From contig WHTN01000002.1 in NCBI GenBank assembly GCA_009377715.1, positions 10,554 to 74,553 on the forward strand: a stretch of 64,000 bases of DNA, given 5' to 3'. Shown here piece by piece: positions 36,335 to 46,115 of the stretch. Numbering within the stretch: the first letter of the stretch is position 1; the number at the start of each line of letters is the position of its first letter. Both the position numbers and the translations under genes were made by a program. This DNA is from Dehalococcoidia bacterium. Its GTDB lineage: Bacteria; Chloroflexota; Dehalococcoidia; SM23-28-2; WHTN01. The notes below the pieces were generated by a model. It had not been told where the DNA came from. It saw nothing but the letters and a program-made list of their open reading frames with translations, and made no database searches.

Positions 36335-37526
36335 GGGTCAGCGTCGTCACCGACTCGATGTGGAACGTCTGCGGGAACATATCGACCGGCTGTACGTTTG
36401 CCAACTGGTAACCGCCATCGCCCAGGATGCGCAGGTCACGGGCGAGCGTCGCCGGATCGCACGACACGTAGACTACGCGAGGAATGCGGCGCTCGATTAT
36501 AGCGTCGAGCACGCGGCGATGGCAGCCGGCGCGCGAGGGGTCGATGATGGCCGCATCGGGCTTTTCGTTCAGAGTCGGCAGAACGTTTTCGACCTTCCCT
36601 TCGATCAGGCTGATGTTATCGAGGCCTGAAACATTTACTCGCGCGTCCTGGATAGCGGACGACGACTCTTCGACCGCGACCACCTGCTTTACACGGTCGG
36701 CGAGTAGCACGCCGAAAGTACCGACGCCGGCATAAGCGTCGACGACCACCTCATCGCCGGAAAGGCAGAGGCCGTCGATGACGATCTGCGCTAGGACTTC
36801 CGCTTGAGCGGTGTTGACCTGGAAGAACGAGCCGCCCGAAATGCGAAATCGCCGGCCGAGCAACTCTTCCTCGTAGCAGGGCTGACCGGACTCGATCGCG
36901 TCGTCTATTACGGGTCGCAGCAAAGGGTGGATGAGCCACTGGCCGGTGTTTACGCCATAGCGCATCGCCACTTGATGCAACCCCCGGCAGCGACCTTGAA
37001 GGTTTGCGAGGACCTCGTTGATCCAGGGATGCATGATCATGCTTTCGTCGATACGGATAAACCGGTAGTTGTCCCTGCTCACGAAACCTAAATACCCCTG
37101 ATCGTTCACGGTGAAGCGGACGTGATTCCGGTAATGCCACGGATCTGGGGCCGATATCGTAGGCTGTATGGGTGGGTCGCTGAACTTACCTATGCGCGTG
37201 AGTTGATGTCTGACCACAGCTTCTTTGGCTTCCAACTGGTACTCGTAGTCCATGTGCTGCCACTGGCAGCCGCCGCAAACGCCGAAGTAAGGGCACGGCG
37301 CGTCGACTCGGTGTGGCGAAGGCGCCAGCACTTCGACGACCTTGCCCTGGCTGTAGTCCTTACGGCTGCGCCGTATCTCGACAACGGCTTCCTCGCCCGG
37401 TATGCCGAAGTCGGCGAAGACAACCTTGCCTTCATGCCGGCCCAGGGCCGCGCCTTCGTAGGCCATATTGGTCAACGCAACGGGTATTCTCTCGCGAGTA
37501 GTAGGGTTTTTCGTTTCTCTAACCAT
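36327..37526 (-). CDS. 23S rRNA (uracil-C5)-methyltransferase RlmD/RumA-like (TRAM + SAM-dependent MTase)
   Basis: TRAM domain, Fe-S Cys cluster (CPYFGVCGGCQWQH), then a class I SAM-binding region and a C-terminal catalytic Cys region. Confidence 0.85.
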   Translation of the reverse strand: MVRETKNPTTRERIPVALTNMAYEGAALGRHEGKVVFADFGIPGEEAVVEIRRSRKDYSQGKVVEVLAPSPHRVDAPCPYFGVCGGCQWQHMDYEYQLEAKEAVVRHQLTRIGKFSDPPIQPTISAPDPWHYRNHVRFTVNDQGYLGFVSRDNYRFIRIDESMIMHPWINEVLANLQGRCRGLHQVAMRYGVNTGQWLIHPLLRPVIDDAIESGQPCYEEELLGRRFRISGGSFFQVNTAQAEVLAQIVIDGLCLSGDEVVVDAYAGVGTFGVLLADRVKQVVAVEESSSAIQDARVNVSGLDNISLIEGKVENVLPTLNEKPDAAIIDPSRAGCHRRVLDAIIERRIPRVVYVSCDPATLARDLRILGDGGYQLANVQPVDMFPQTFHIESVTTLTLE

Positions 37527-37600
37527 TGATCGACATCTAAAACGTATATATAAAGTGTAACAAAATCGATGTCGCAGAACGAGGCAAGGTCTAACCGCAA

Positions 37601-37629
37601 TGACACTGAAAATTGGGCTGTGTTATAAT
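37601..37629 (+). promoter_or_regulatory. Sigma70-like promoter TGACAC-n17-TGTTATAAT (extended -10)
   Basis: 30 nt upstream of the 37660 start. RBS GGAGG. Confidence 0.45.
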
Positions 37630-37659
37630 GCCGATGATATGCGGCGGCAGGAGGCTTAA

Positions 37660-38274
37660 ATGGATTGGCCAGGTGGCAGTTGGCAAGATACGGTACGGAT
37701 CATTGCTGCCGGGGCGATCGTATATTTCATCGTCTTGTGGGTAGGCCTAGTCATTTGGGTCTACCGCGACATACGTGAACGCACTCGTGATATCTTCCAT
37801 CAGACCGTCAGCGTCCTCCTTGCCCTCTTCTTCAATTTAGCCGGCCTGCTGGTATATCTGCTAATACGGCCGCAAGAGTCCCTCGCTCAGGTCTATCAAC
37901 GAAGCCTCGAGGAAGAGGCGCTGCTGCAGGATCTCGAAGAACTCAGCGCCTGCCCGAACTGCCGTCATCCCGTGGGATCAGACTTCGTCGTGTGCCCGCT
38001 CTGCCGGACTCAGATCAAAGAGCCGTGCGGGAATTGTGGCCGCCCGCTCAGCTACAGTTGGATCGCTTGCCCTTATTGCTCCACGAACCGGCCCGTAGTC
38101 GCTACATCTATCGCTGCGCAAGAGAGGAAAGAGGCGATTCAGCCGGAACAGACTCAGCCCACTCAGCAGCCAGCGCGCTCACGACGCAGGCCCACTGCCG
38201 AGCCGGCGACCGCCGCCGATGAAGTATCGGCGATGGACTCACCAGCCGCTACTTCGGTCGAGAAGTCTTACTAA
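37660..38274 (+). CDS. Membrane protein with double zinc-ribbon (CPNC...CPLC...CGNC...CPYC)
   Basis: Two N-terminal TM helices followed by four CxxC pairs. Pro/Gln-rich tail. Confidence 0.5.
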   Translation: MDWPGGSWQDTVRIIAAGAIVYFIVLWVGLVIWVYRDIRERTRDIFHQTVSVLLALFFNLAGLLVYLLIRPQESLAQVYQRSLEEEALLQDLEELSACPNCRHPVGSDFVVCPLCRTQIKEPCGNCGRPLSYSWIACPYCSTNRPVVATSIAAQERKEAIQPEQTQPTQQPARSRRRPTAEPATAADEVSAMDSPAATSVEKSY

Positions 38275-39215
38275 CTGAGGCCCACGGTCCGGATCAAAAC
38301 ATCGCTATCGACATTTGTCGCTGTTAGTTCGGCCGCTCGCTCCATTTTACGCTGTCCCCTGAACCTGGCCGTACTGTAGACCTCTTCGAGCGTACGGGCC
38401 GTCTCAAACGTATTGTTTACGGTTAGCAGGACGGGGACTTCGTAGCTCTGAGCGCGGTCGATCACGTATTCGAGTGGAGGCTTGCCCCCGGCGATAATCA
38501 GGCAGTTGGTGCCAGCATCAAGCGCGGCGAGCAGAAGATCAGGCTTGTGGCTACGCGTGATGACCGCATTGCTGGGAAAGCGTGAGAAGTATTCCCGCCC
38601 GGGATCGGCGCTGACCGGGCCTATGACGACTTTTTCTATCACGCGGTCGAAATCCCCGTCCACTAGTACCTTCGCCGCAAGGACATCGTGAAGCTGTCCC
38701 ACCGTAAAGCTGGCAAGGACGGCATCCTCCGGAATCGATCCCAAGCTAGGCAGGGTAGCACCGTTCACCTGCAAGCGCTGCACCTCATCCAAGCGGCGCT
38801 CTGCAACTTTATTTGCGATCGTGCCGATGGCTCCGTCGCTTCGACCATGAGCGGCAACGTTAGCATCGGGCGAGCCGATGTATACGATGCGAGCTCCGAG
38901 AGCAGCCGCTACGTCATCGACGGACAGGTTGTCATCGCTTTCGACGAAAACGGTCTGCTCGGCGGGCAAAGCAGCGATTGCTCCGATGGCCTGTTCTACG
39001 GAAAGCGGAACCCCAGGCGAATCATTCAGAAACGGAGAAAGCGAATACAAGCGCGCGTCCCTCTGAGGCCCTTCCTGCAAGGCATCGCCACTGTGCAGGC
39101 GCAGAGCCGTTATCCTACGTCCGGGTTGCCGTAGGTTCTGGGCTAGTCCAGTGATAACGGTGGTTTTACCAGCTCGCGGGCTTAGCGATGCTACCAGTAT
39201 CGTGGCCATTTGCAC
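38271..39215 (-). CDS. DRTGG-domain protein with N-terminal CobQ/BioD-like P-loop domain (Pta N-terminal-region-like)
   Basis: ILVASLSPRAGKTTV P-loop, then a DRTGG-like central region. Confidence 0.55.
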   Translation of the reverse strand: MQMATILVASLSPRAGKTTVITGLAQNLRQPGRRITALRLHSGDALQEGPQRDARLYSLSPFLNDSPGVPLSVEQAIGAIAALPAEQTVFVESDDNLSVDDVAAALGARIVYIGSPDANVAAHGRSDGAIGTIANKVAERRLDEVQRLQVNGATLPSLGSIPEDAVLASFTVGQLHDVLAAKVLVDGDFDRVIEKVVIGPVSADPGREYFSRFPSNAVITRSHKPDLLLAALDAGTNCLIIAGGKPPLEYVIDRAQSYEVPVLLTVNNTFETARTLEEVYSTARFRGQRKMERAAELTATNVDSDVLIRTVGLS

Positions 39216-39496
39216 TCCCGTTTCTTTAAGAGATCGTTCACGGCATATTATAGATAGTATAAGTGGTGCTACGGGGAGTCGCTATCTCTGAGGGCGACTC
39301 GCCTAGGCAAGAGTGGAAACGAAGACTCTTACATAAGTACATCCTCAAAAGCACGGTTCTCCGCTCCTTACATTTATCCTGGGCTTATCGAAGGGGTCGC
39401 TCAGAATGACATTGTGTGAAACGCAAAAGCCTTGTGACCATCTCACCGCCTCAAGTAAAATAGCGAAGCGAATCTATCGCTCAGAAGGAGCACGTA

Positions 39497-40729
39497 ATGC
39501 AGGACAAGCCAACCTTTGTCATCGTTGGGGCGAATCTCGCCGGCGGCCGGGCTGCGGAGGCGCTGAGGAAAAACGGGTTCGATGGCCGCATAATCCTTAT
39601 CGGCGGCGAGCCCGACGCGCCGTATGAGCGCCCCCCGCTCTCCAAAGAGTACCTGCGGGCGGAACAAGAGAAAAGTAAGCTCTTCATACTCAGCGCAGAC
39701 TTTTATCGTACGAACCAGATCGAACTTCGCCTGGGATACTGGGCAGAGGGGTTGGACGTTAAAGAGAAGTCTATCCGGCTCGACGATGGCGAAGAGGTCC
39801 ATTACGACAAGCTCCTTTTGACTACCGGCGCTAAAGTGCGTCGCTTGGATGTCCCCGGCTCGGACTTGGAGGGCATCTATTACCTACGCACTATCGCCGA
39901 CGCGGAAGCTATCGGCGCGGAGCTACAGCCGGGCCGGCGTTGCGTCGTTATCGGCGCAGGCTTCATCGGCGCAGAGGTCGCTGCTTCAGCCCGCGAATCA
40001 GGTTTAGAAGTCACCATCATCGAGATCCTGCCGGTGCCGATGAGCAGGGTGCTCGGCGATGAAATGGGCACCATCTATGGCGATATCCATCGCGATCACG
40101 GAGTAGACCTACGGCTGAACGAAGGCGTCGAACGCTTCGAGGGCAATAAGCGCGTCGAGCGCGTCGTCGGCAGTTCGGGCGCCATTTTCGACTGCGACTT
40201 CGTCGTCGTCGGCGTCGGCGTAATTCCTGAGACTGCGCTTGTCGAAGGCACGGACATAGAGGTCAACAACGGCATCGTCGTCAACGAGTATTGCGAGACG
40301 TCCGTACCTGACGTGTACGCCGCCGGGGACGTCGCCAATTTCCCGAACCCGATCCTCGGCCAGCGGGTGCGCCTCGAACACTGGCAGAATGCGCAAAACC
40401 AGGGCATCGCGGCGGCGAAGAACATGATGGGCATAAAGGAGGTGTTCTCTGAAGTGCCGTGGTTCTGGTCTGACCAGTATGATCTTAATATGCAGTTGAT
40501 AGGCCATCCCCATCATTGGGACAAGCTGGTCTTCCGGGGAAGCGTGCCCGACCGGCAGTTTACGGCTTTCTTTGTCAAGGACGGCAAAATGCAGGCTGCT
40601 TTAGCCGTGAACCGGCCCATGGACATCCGCCCCTGCCGCGAGATCATCCAAGCCGGCCAGCCCGTAGACGTTGAAAAGCTACAAGACGAGGCGGTCCAGA
40701 TGCGCTCGCTAATGCCTCCGCGAGCGTAA
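39497..40729 (+). CDS. FAD-dependent NAD(P)H:ferredoxin/rubredoxin reductase-type pyridine nucleotide-disulfide oxidoreductase
   Basis: VIVGANLAGGRAAE FAD-binding motif, a second Rossmann motif VVIGAGFIGAEVA, and a C-terminal dimerisation domain. 410 aa. Resembles the reductase components of oxygenase systems. Confidence 0.85.
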   Translation: MQDKPTFVIVGANLAGGRAAEALRKNGFDGRIILIGGEPDAPYERPPLSKEYLRAEQEKSKLFILSADFYRTNQIELRLGYWAEGLDVKEKSIRLDDGEEVHYDKLLLTTGAKVRRLDVPGSDLEGIYYLRTIADAEAIGAELQPGRRCVVIGAGFIGAEVAASARESGLEVTIIEILPVPMSRVLGDEMGTIYGDIHRDHGVDLRLNEGVERFEGNKRVERVVGSSGAIFDCDFVVVGVGVIPETALVEGTDIEVNNGIVVNEYCETSVPDVYAAGDVANFPNPILGQRVRLEHWQNAQNQGIAAAKNMMGIKEVFSEVPWFWSDQYDLNMQLIGHPHHWDKLVFRGSVPDRQFTAFFVKDGKMQAALAVNRPMDIRPCREIIQAGQPVDVEKLQDEAVQMRSLMPPRA

Positions 40730-40884
40730 TCAGCGCTTACGTATCTAACGCGTAGGGCGCACGGCTTGCGCCCCTACGATATGTCATCGCATAATCATCG
40801 GCGCTGTGCAGAGCCATTCGCGTTGACAAGCTAGAGGGCCCGATAGTACGCTGGTTCTATACTACCCTCTGCGAAGGCTCGCTT

Positions 40885-41367
40885 ATGGACTTGATGCGCT
40901 GTACGGTCATCGACTCCCAAGGCTCCGTCAGTTTCGTTATACCGTGCGAGGCGCTGCCTGCTATGGTAGCGGCCTGCTGCAATAATCCAAGGAACCTCGG
41001 AGAGTTCCTCGATATCGCGGAATCGTACTATCGCAACTTACGCGAACCAGTGCTGAACGGGCTGGCCATTTTCGACGAGTTCAACACGCGTGGCAGCTAT
41101 CAGACGATCCACGACACTTTGAAGGCTTCAGCAGCCGATCAGCAGCCCGTCTTTCGCATCGTCGACGAAACGACGCGCGAGGCGAGTTTGCAGCCCGTGA
41201 AAGCCGGCGTAGTCCTGTTTAACCTTAAGGCGAAGCGTATTGTGCAACTCATGAACACCTACCGTGAGATCCGCCGCACAGGCTACGCTCGCGTTTTCAC
41301 AGATGAAGGGCTTACAAGCACAGTCTTCAGCTACCGGCTGCCAAGAGAATGGGCCTTAGTGCCCTGA
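40885..41367 (+). CDS. Hypothetical protein
   Basis: 160-aa ORF, no recognised domain. Confidence 0.35.
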   Translation: MDLMRCTVIDSQGSVSFVIPCEALPAMVAACCNNPRNLGEFLDIAESYYRNLREPVLNGLAIFDEFNTRGSYQTIHDTLKASAADQQPVFRIVDETTREASLQPVKAGVVLFNLKAKRIVQLMNTYREIRRTGYARVFTDEGLTSTVFSYRLPREWALVP

Positions 41368-41442
41368 TCACACGCCTCTTTGTTACCCTTCGCAAAAGTG
41401 GTAGACTGCATTTAAATATTCAGCAGACAGCTTCGACGTAGC

Positions 41443-41673
41443 GTGCAAGAGCAAGAAGAAACTCGCATTCTCGGGCGTACCTGGCCCCAGTTGGCAGTCC
41501 AAGTGGGTGCCCTTGTGCTTCTTGTTGTCTTCGTTCTTCAGAACACGAACAGGGTTGAGATCGACTTTATCTTCTGGACCATAAATACCCGCCTCATCTG
41601 GGCTTTGCTCGTCGCCGCAGCTCTAGGATTCCTGGTGGGAGTGTTCAGATTACGCTATCGTCGGATACGGTGA
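41443..41673 (+). CDS. LapA-domain small membrane protein (DUF1049-like)
   Basis: Single TM segment, VEIDFIFW motif, C-terminal second hydrophobic segment and RYRR. Stop overlaps the alr start (GTGA). Confidence 0.5.
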   Translation: MQEQEETRILGRTWPQLAVQVGALVLLVVFVLQNTNRVEIDFIFWTINTRLIWALLVAAALGFLVGVFRLRYRRIR

Positions 41674-42869
41674 AGGAACTGGAATCGAAGCGAGCGGCAA
41701 GCCAGGTGAACTGGGAAGGCCGTCCCGTTTGGGCCGAGATAGATCTCGACGCTTTAACTTCTAACGTCCACTCATTGCAGTCCTTAGCCGGCGACGCGGC
41801 CATCATGGCCGTAGTCAAAGCCAACGCTTACGGACACGGCATAGTGCCGGTAGCCCGAGCAGCCCTCCAAGCGGGCGCGCGCTGGCTGGGCGTCGTGTGC
41901 GTCGATGAAGGCGTCCGGCTACGCCGTTCGGGCATCGACGCGCCGGTCCTCGTGCTAGGGCATATTCAGGCTGGAGAAGTCAACGGCATAATTGAGAACT
42001 CTCTGACGCCTACGATCAACAGCTTGGAAATCGCGCACGCCCTTTCAGGCGCGGCTCGTGAAGCTAATACAGTTCTTTCCGTGCATATCAAAGTCGATAC
42101 TGGGCTGCATCGCTATGGCTCTATCCCGAGGGATGCTATAGCTTTGGCACAAGCGGTACGGAGTATGCATTCGCTACGCCTGGACGGTCTTTTCACCCAC
42201 TTTTCGATGGCCGAAGATGGCGAGAATCCCTACACGGAAGAACAGTTCCGAAGATTCTTGACTGCGGCCGAACAGATACCGGGGATTTCCGTCCGACACG
42301 TTTGCAATACGGCCGCCCTTTTGCGCGCGCCCCACATGGCGCTTGAAATCGTACGGCCGGGCATAGGTCTGTACGGTTGCTATCCTTCGCCGGACTTAAA
42401 GGACCGCTTGATGCTGCTACCCGTGCTGAGCCTCAAGAGCCGCATAGCTAGGCTACATCGCCTTCAGCCTGGGCAAGGCGTGAGCTATGGCCACACCTGG
42501 CGCGCAGACAGACCGACCACGCTCGCCCTTGTGATGTGTGGCTACGGAGACGGCCTGCCGAGAAGCCTATCGAATCGTGGCAGCGTCCTGATCCGGGGCG
42601 CTCGTGCGCCGATAGTCGGCCGCATCTGTATGGACATGTGCATGGTAGACGTCACAGACGTCCCCCGAGTGGCAGAGGGCGACGAAGTCGTCATCATCGG
42701 TCGTCAGGGCAATGATGAGATCACCGCCGACGAAGTAGCAGAGCTGGCCGGCACGATCAGCTATGAGGTGTTATGTCACATCACAGAGCGCGTCCCCCGG
42801 CTCTACATGCGAGAAGGGCGGCTCATCGAAGTGGAAACTTTCTTGCACGAGGGGAAAGCGCTTCGATAA
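41670..42869 (+). CDS. alr: Alanine racemase
   Basis: PLP-lysine motif VVKANAYGHG. 399 aa. Confidence 0.9.
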   Translation: MKELESKRAASQVNWEGRPVWAEIDLDALTSNVHSLQSLAGDAAIMAVVKANAYGHGIVPVARAALQAGARWLGVVCVDEGVRLRRSGIDAPVLVLGHIQAGEVNGIIENSLTPTINSLEIAHALSGAAREANTVLSVHIKVDTGLHRYGSIPRDAIALAQAVRSMHSLRLDGLFTHFSMAEDGENPYTEEQFRRFLTAAEQIPGISVRHVCNTAALLRAPHMALEIVRPGIGLYGCYPSPDLKDRLMLLPVLSLKSRIARLHRLQPGQGVSYGHTWRADRPTTLALVMCGYGDGLPRSLSNRGSVLIRGARAPIVGRICMDMCMVDVTDVPRVAEGDEVVIIGRQGNDEITADEVAELAGTISYEVLCHITERVPRLYMREGRLIEVETFLHEGKALR

Positions 42870-42877
42870 GGTGAACG

Positions 42878-43222
42878 ATGGCTGAAGATTGTCTGTTCTG
42901 CAATATGGCCAGCGGCAAAATGGCCGTCGATAAGCTATACGATGACGATCTCGTCTTCGTCATACGCGATATCCACCCGCGGGCGCCAGTACACGTCTTG
43001 GTCATCCCGAAAGAGCATATACCCACCGCTGCTCACGTTCGTAGTGAGCACGCGGTGACACTCGCCCGCTTATTCGAGGCGGCTAATCGCATCGCCGAGC
43101 AGGAAGGGGTCGCGCAAAGCGGCTATCGCCTAGCGATCAACTGCGGCCCGGCGGCCGGCATGACCATCTATCATCTGCACCTACACGTCCTTGGCGGGCG
43201 TACTTTAGGCCCCGAAGGGTAA
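42878..43222 (+). CDS. HIT family (histidine triad) protein
   Basis: HLHLHVLGG histidine triad. 114 aa. Confidence 0.85.
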   Translation: MAEDCLFCNMASGKMAVDKLYDDDLVFVIRDIHPRAPVHVLVIPKEHIPTAAHVRSEHAVTLARLFEAANRIAEQEGVAQSGYRLAINCGPAAGMTIYHLHLHVLGGRTLGPEG

Positions 43223-43249
43223 GCTCGCCCGGAACCCATAAGTCAGTCA

Positions 43250-43273
43250 GCAAACCTAAAGGTTGCAGCTACG
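43250..43273. repeat. REP-like GCAAACC-TAAA-GGTTTGC hairpin followed by AGCTACG
   Basis: Homologous to 20493-20518 and 2732-2757. Confidence 0.4.
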
Positions 43274-43295
43274 ATTATTTCCGCGTCAGTAATTT

Positions 43296-43321
43296 CCGCT
43301 CACCCGAGCCTGCGAGGGGCC
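43296..43321. repeat. Repeat copy (reverse orientation) CCGCTCACCCGAGCCTGCGAGGGGCC
   Basis: Degenerate member of the CCCTTCGACAAGCTCAGGGTGAGC family. Confidence 0.35.
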
Positions 43322-43435
43322 TACATTTCCCAGAGCGCTCAGCCCGCTATGATCAGCAAGTCCTAATCGTAGTTGCTGCGCTTCAGCCCAATACTAATCC
43401 TAACTCGGCATTTACAACAATCTAATATTCCTCAA

Positions 43436-43464
43436 TTGACGGCTTCGACAAATTAGACGATACT
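43436..43464 (+). promoter_or_regulatory. Sigma70-like promoter TTGACG-n17-GATACT upstream of the DtxR-family gene
   Basis: Would give a very short leader before the 43475-43477 start codon. Confidence 0.35.
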
Positions 43465-43476
43465 AATACTAGTGAT

Positions 43477-44145
43477 GTGTTGGAGAAAACTACTCCTAGT
43501 CCTGCTATCGAGGATTACTTACAAGGGATCTACGGACTCACCGCCGAGGGCGATGCCGTCATTTCGGCTCGCTTAGCCCGGCGGATGAACGTGACACCCC
43601 CGACCGCATGGGCAGCCGTGCAGCGTATGTCCCGGGACGGGCTTGTCCAGTTAGACACGAAAAAGTCGATTTCCCTAACGCCCGGCGGCCGGGAACTCGC
43701 CGAAAGCATCGTGCGGCGCCACCGTCTGGCTGAACGCTTCTTGACCGACGTCTTAGGCTTCGGCTGGGCCGATGCTCACATCGAAGCGCACCGCTTCGAG
43801 CACGGCATATCCCCTAAGATCGAAGAAGGGATCATCGCGCTCCTGAAGAACCCTCTGACCTGCCCCCACGGGTCGCCGATCCCCGGAAGCGGATACTCGC
43901 TTCCCGCCGATGCCGTACCGCTCTCACAACTTAACTCTGGCGATGCTGCTACAGTAACGCTCATCTCTGAAGAGCTTGAAGAAGACTTCGAGATATTGCA
44001 GTACCTGGAACGTGGCCGCATTATGCCAACTAAATCGGTAAAGGTGTTGGAAAAAGCTGGGGGCGTTATCATTCTTGAGGTTAACGACGCTCAAGTCCCC
44101 CTCAGCACCGAGGTAGCCAGCCGCATCAGAGTAAACCTGGCTTAA
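43477..44145 (+). CDS. DtxR/IdeR/MntR-family metal-dependent transcriptional regulator with C-terminal FeoA/SH3-like domain
   Basis: N-terminal HTH (IEDYLQGIY...ARLARRMNVTPPT), metal-binding region, C-terminal SH3-like domain. 222 aa. Confidence 0.85.
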   Translation: MLEKTTPSPAIEDYLQGIYGLTAEGDAVISARLARRMNVTPPTAWAAVQRMSRDGLVQLDTKKSISLTPGGRELAESIVRRHRLAERFLTDVLGFGWADAHIEAHRFEHGISPKIEEGIIALLKNPLTCPHGSPIPGSGYSLPADAVPLSQLNSGDAATVTLISEELEEDFEILQYLERGRIMPTKSVKVLEKAGGVIILEVNDAQVPLSTEVASRIRVNLA

Positions 44146-44165
44146 AACTTCGCGTTCTATCTCCA

Positions 44166-44867
44166 ATGTCGCCTCCCATCTGCCGTACGTCTCTTTTGGG
44201 CACCGTCCCCTATGCATCTGCTTGGGAGATGCAAAAGCAGTTGGTGGCAAACCGGCAACAAGGACTGATTCCGGATACGGTACTGCTGTTACAGCATCCG
44301 CCCACTTACACCTTCGGACGAGGAAGCGCCGGCCCTAGCCACTTGCTCGTTCCCGACGGTGCTCTAAAAGAGCTCGGCGCTCGAACATATGAAGTAGATC
44401 GCGGCGGCAGCATTACCTTCCACGGCCCCGGGCAGATCGTAGGCTATCCAATAATCGATCTCAAAGAATGGCACGCCGACGCCCATCTGTACGTTTGGAC
44501 ACTTGAAGAGGTGCTAATAAGCACCCTCGCAGATGTAGGCATAGCCGCGGAACGGAATCAGCCTTATACAGGCGTTTGGGTCGACGACGCCAAGATCGCA
44601 TCCATCGGTATCAAGCTCAGCCGCTGGGTCACCAGTCACGGTTTCGCTCTCAACGTCAATACCGATTTAGGCTATTTTCAGCGAATCGTTCCTTGCGGTA
44701 TACCCGACTGTAGAGTGACCTCTGTCGCTAACATCTTCGGCGGACCTGTCGATGAATCAAAAGTCACGGAGGCGCTCATCCGGCGTTTCGGCGAGTTATT
44801 CGACAGGCGGACATTGATGTTCGGAATGCCTGACTTCGCAACGCTCGAACCTGCAAGTTTTGCGTAG
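44166..44867 (+). CDS. lipB: Lipoyl(octanoyl) transferase LipB
   Basis: HPPTYTFGRG..., RGGSITFHGPGQIVGYPIIDL, KIASIGIKLSRW, matching conserved LipB motifs. Confidence 0.85.
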   Translation: MSPPICRTSLLGTVPYASAWEMQKQLVANRQQGLIPDTVLLLQHPPTYTFGRGSAGPSHLLVPDGALKELGARTYEVDRGGSITFHGPGQIVGYPIIDLKEWHADAHLYVWTLEEVLISTLADVGIAAERNQPYTGVWVDDAKIASIGIKLSRWVTSHGFALNVNTDLGYFQRIVPCGIPDCRVTSVANIFGGPVDESKVTEALIRRFGELFDRRTLMFGMPDFATLEPASFA

Positions 44868-44899
44868 GGGCACGGCATGCCGTGCCCCTACGGTTTTCC
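44864..44899 (+). terminator. Rho-independent terminator after lipB
   Basis: GTAGGGGCACGGCA/TGCCGTGCCCCTAC is a perfect 14-bp palindrome overlapping the TAG stop, followed by GGTTTTCC. Confidence 0.8.
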
Positions 44900-45057
44900 T
44901 TGACTCCGCTTGATTTCGCGATATCAGTGGGCAGCGCTTTCATAGCTGCTCTAACAAGTTTTGTACCAAGCTTCTACCGCATCTTAACCGAACGTTTACC
45001 GTTTGAAACCTTTCCTCTACCGAATTCTCTGTCCACAGTCAATATAATCATATCAAT

Positions 45058-45774
45058 ATGGGTCAACGCGAATATATCCAGCGTATAGGAGCGAAACTAA
45101 TCATGATGCATCGAGATGCCGAAGGCCTTGCTCCGCGGCAGGCCAACAATCTAAGCCCTGCGATCCTTCCCAACAACGATTTACGATCTAACTCTCTCCA
45201 TCCACCGCAAGCAAAGTCTCCGCCTGAGTTTCATGCCGGCGAAGCTGACAAGTCGGCCGAGGAGATAGGGAAGGTGGAGAGAGCGTACCAGAAGGCACAG
45301 GAAACCTTAGAAGAAGCCTATGAAACAGCTCGAAAAGTCAGGTTCGAAGCCATCAGCGAGGCGAGAACGCACGTTGAGAAGACGGAGGAACAGAGCGCCG
45401 AACTCTTGAGCCAGGCCAGAGAACACGCGAGCCAGATCCGTAATCAGGCCGAAGCTGAAGCAGCAGCCACGATGCAACGAGCACAGCAAGAAGTGAACAG
45501 CCTGCTCACAGAGGCCAGAGCAACCCACGACCGTACGCTTCGAGAAGCCCATGATGGCGCCACCCGCATGATCGAGGAGGCACGCCGCCAATCGGAAGAC
45601 ACGCATAACGCAGCCGCGGCAGCTATGCAAGAAGCCATCGAATATCGCAATGAACTGCAGCGACTCGAATCCCAGTTTGAGGCGGTGGCACGAGAGTTCG
45701 CGAAATGGCTCGGGCTCCATGTCGATTCTGATGAGAGCTTTTTCCGAAAGATAGCCCGAGAGAAAACTTCTTAA
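45058..45774 (+). CDS. Coiled-coil protein, hypothetical
   Basis: Extended heptad-like A/E/R/Q-rich sequence over about 170 aa. The start is uncertain. Confidence 0.4.
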   Translation: MGQREYIQRIGAKLIMMHRDAEGLAPRQANNLSPAILPNNDLRSNSLHPPQAKSPPEFHAGEADKSAEEIGKVERAYQKAQETLEEAYETARKVRFEAISEARTHVEKTEEQSAELLSQAREHASQIRNQAEAEAAATMQRAQQEVNSLLTEARATHDRTLREAHDGATRMIEEARRQSEDTHNAAAAAMQEAIEYRNELQRLESQFEAVAREFAKWLGLHVDSDESFFRKIAREKTS

Positions 45775-45781
45775 CCAAGCC

Positions 45782-46081
45782 ATGAACAATCTACGGAGGA
45801 TTAAAGGAATGATTTATGCAGACACTCGTGAACTCGCGGACGAATCCACAGGGCATGGACAATGTCCAAACTGCGAAGAGGAGATGGTCCACAGTACGTC
45901 CGCTCTACAATTCGCCCGTCAAGGCATCGCCTTCAACCTAGCCGGCGTTCCCGCCGAGGTCTGTCCTGAATGCGGTGAGGCTTACATAGACCCTCGTCTA
46001 GCGCGACCTCTCTGGGACTGCGCTATGTCGGCTTTCCAGGAGATCATTTCCTTAAAAGCACGGGCATCGGCAACGCTTTGA
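45782..46081 (+). CDS. YgiT-type zinc-finger (MqsA N-domain-like) protein
   Basis: CPNCEEEM...CPECGEAYID matches the C-x2-C ... C-x2-C-G-E pattern of YgiT-type zinc ribbons. Confidence 0.5.
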   Translation: MNNLRRIKGMIYADTRELADESTGHGQCPNCEEEMVHSTSALQFARQGIAFNLAGVPAEVCPECGEAYIDPRLARPLWDCAMSAFQEIISLKARASATL

Positions 46082-46115
46082 GTACGCTTAAAAGTAGACT
46101 ACGGCAGCGATAAGA

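Noticed and set aside
43436-43476. DtxR/IdeR operator (iron box) in its own promoter
   Set aside because: Only a weak half-palindrome (ctaatactag) is present and it does not match the TTAGGTTAGGCTAACCTAA-type consensus.
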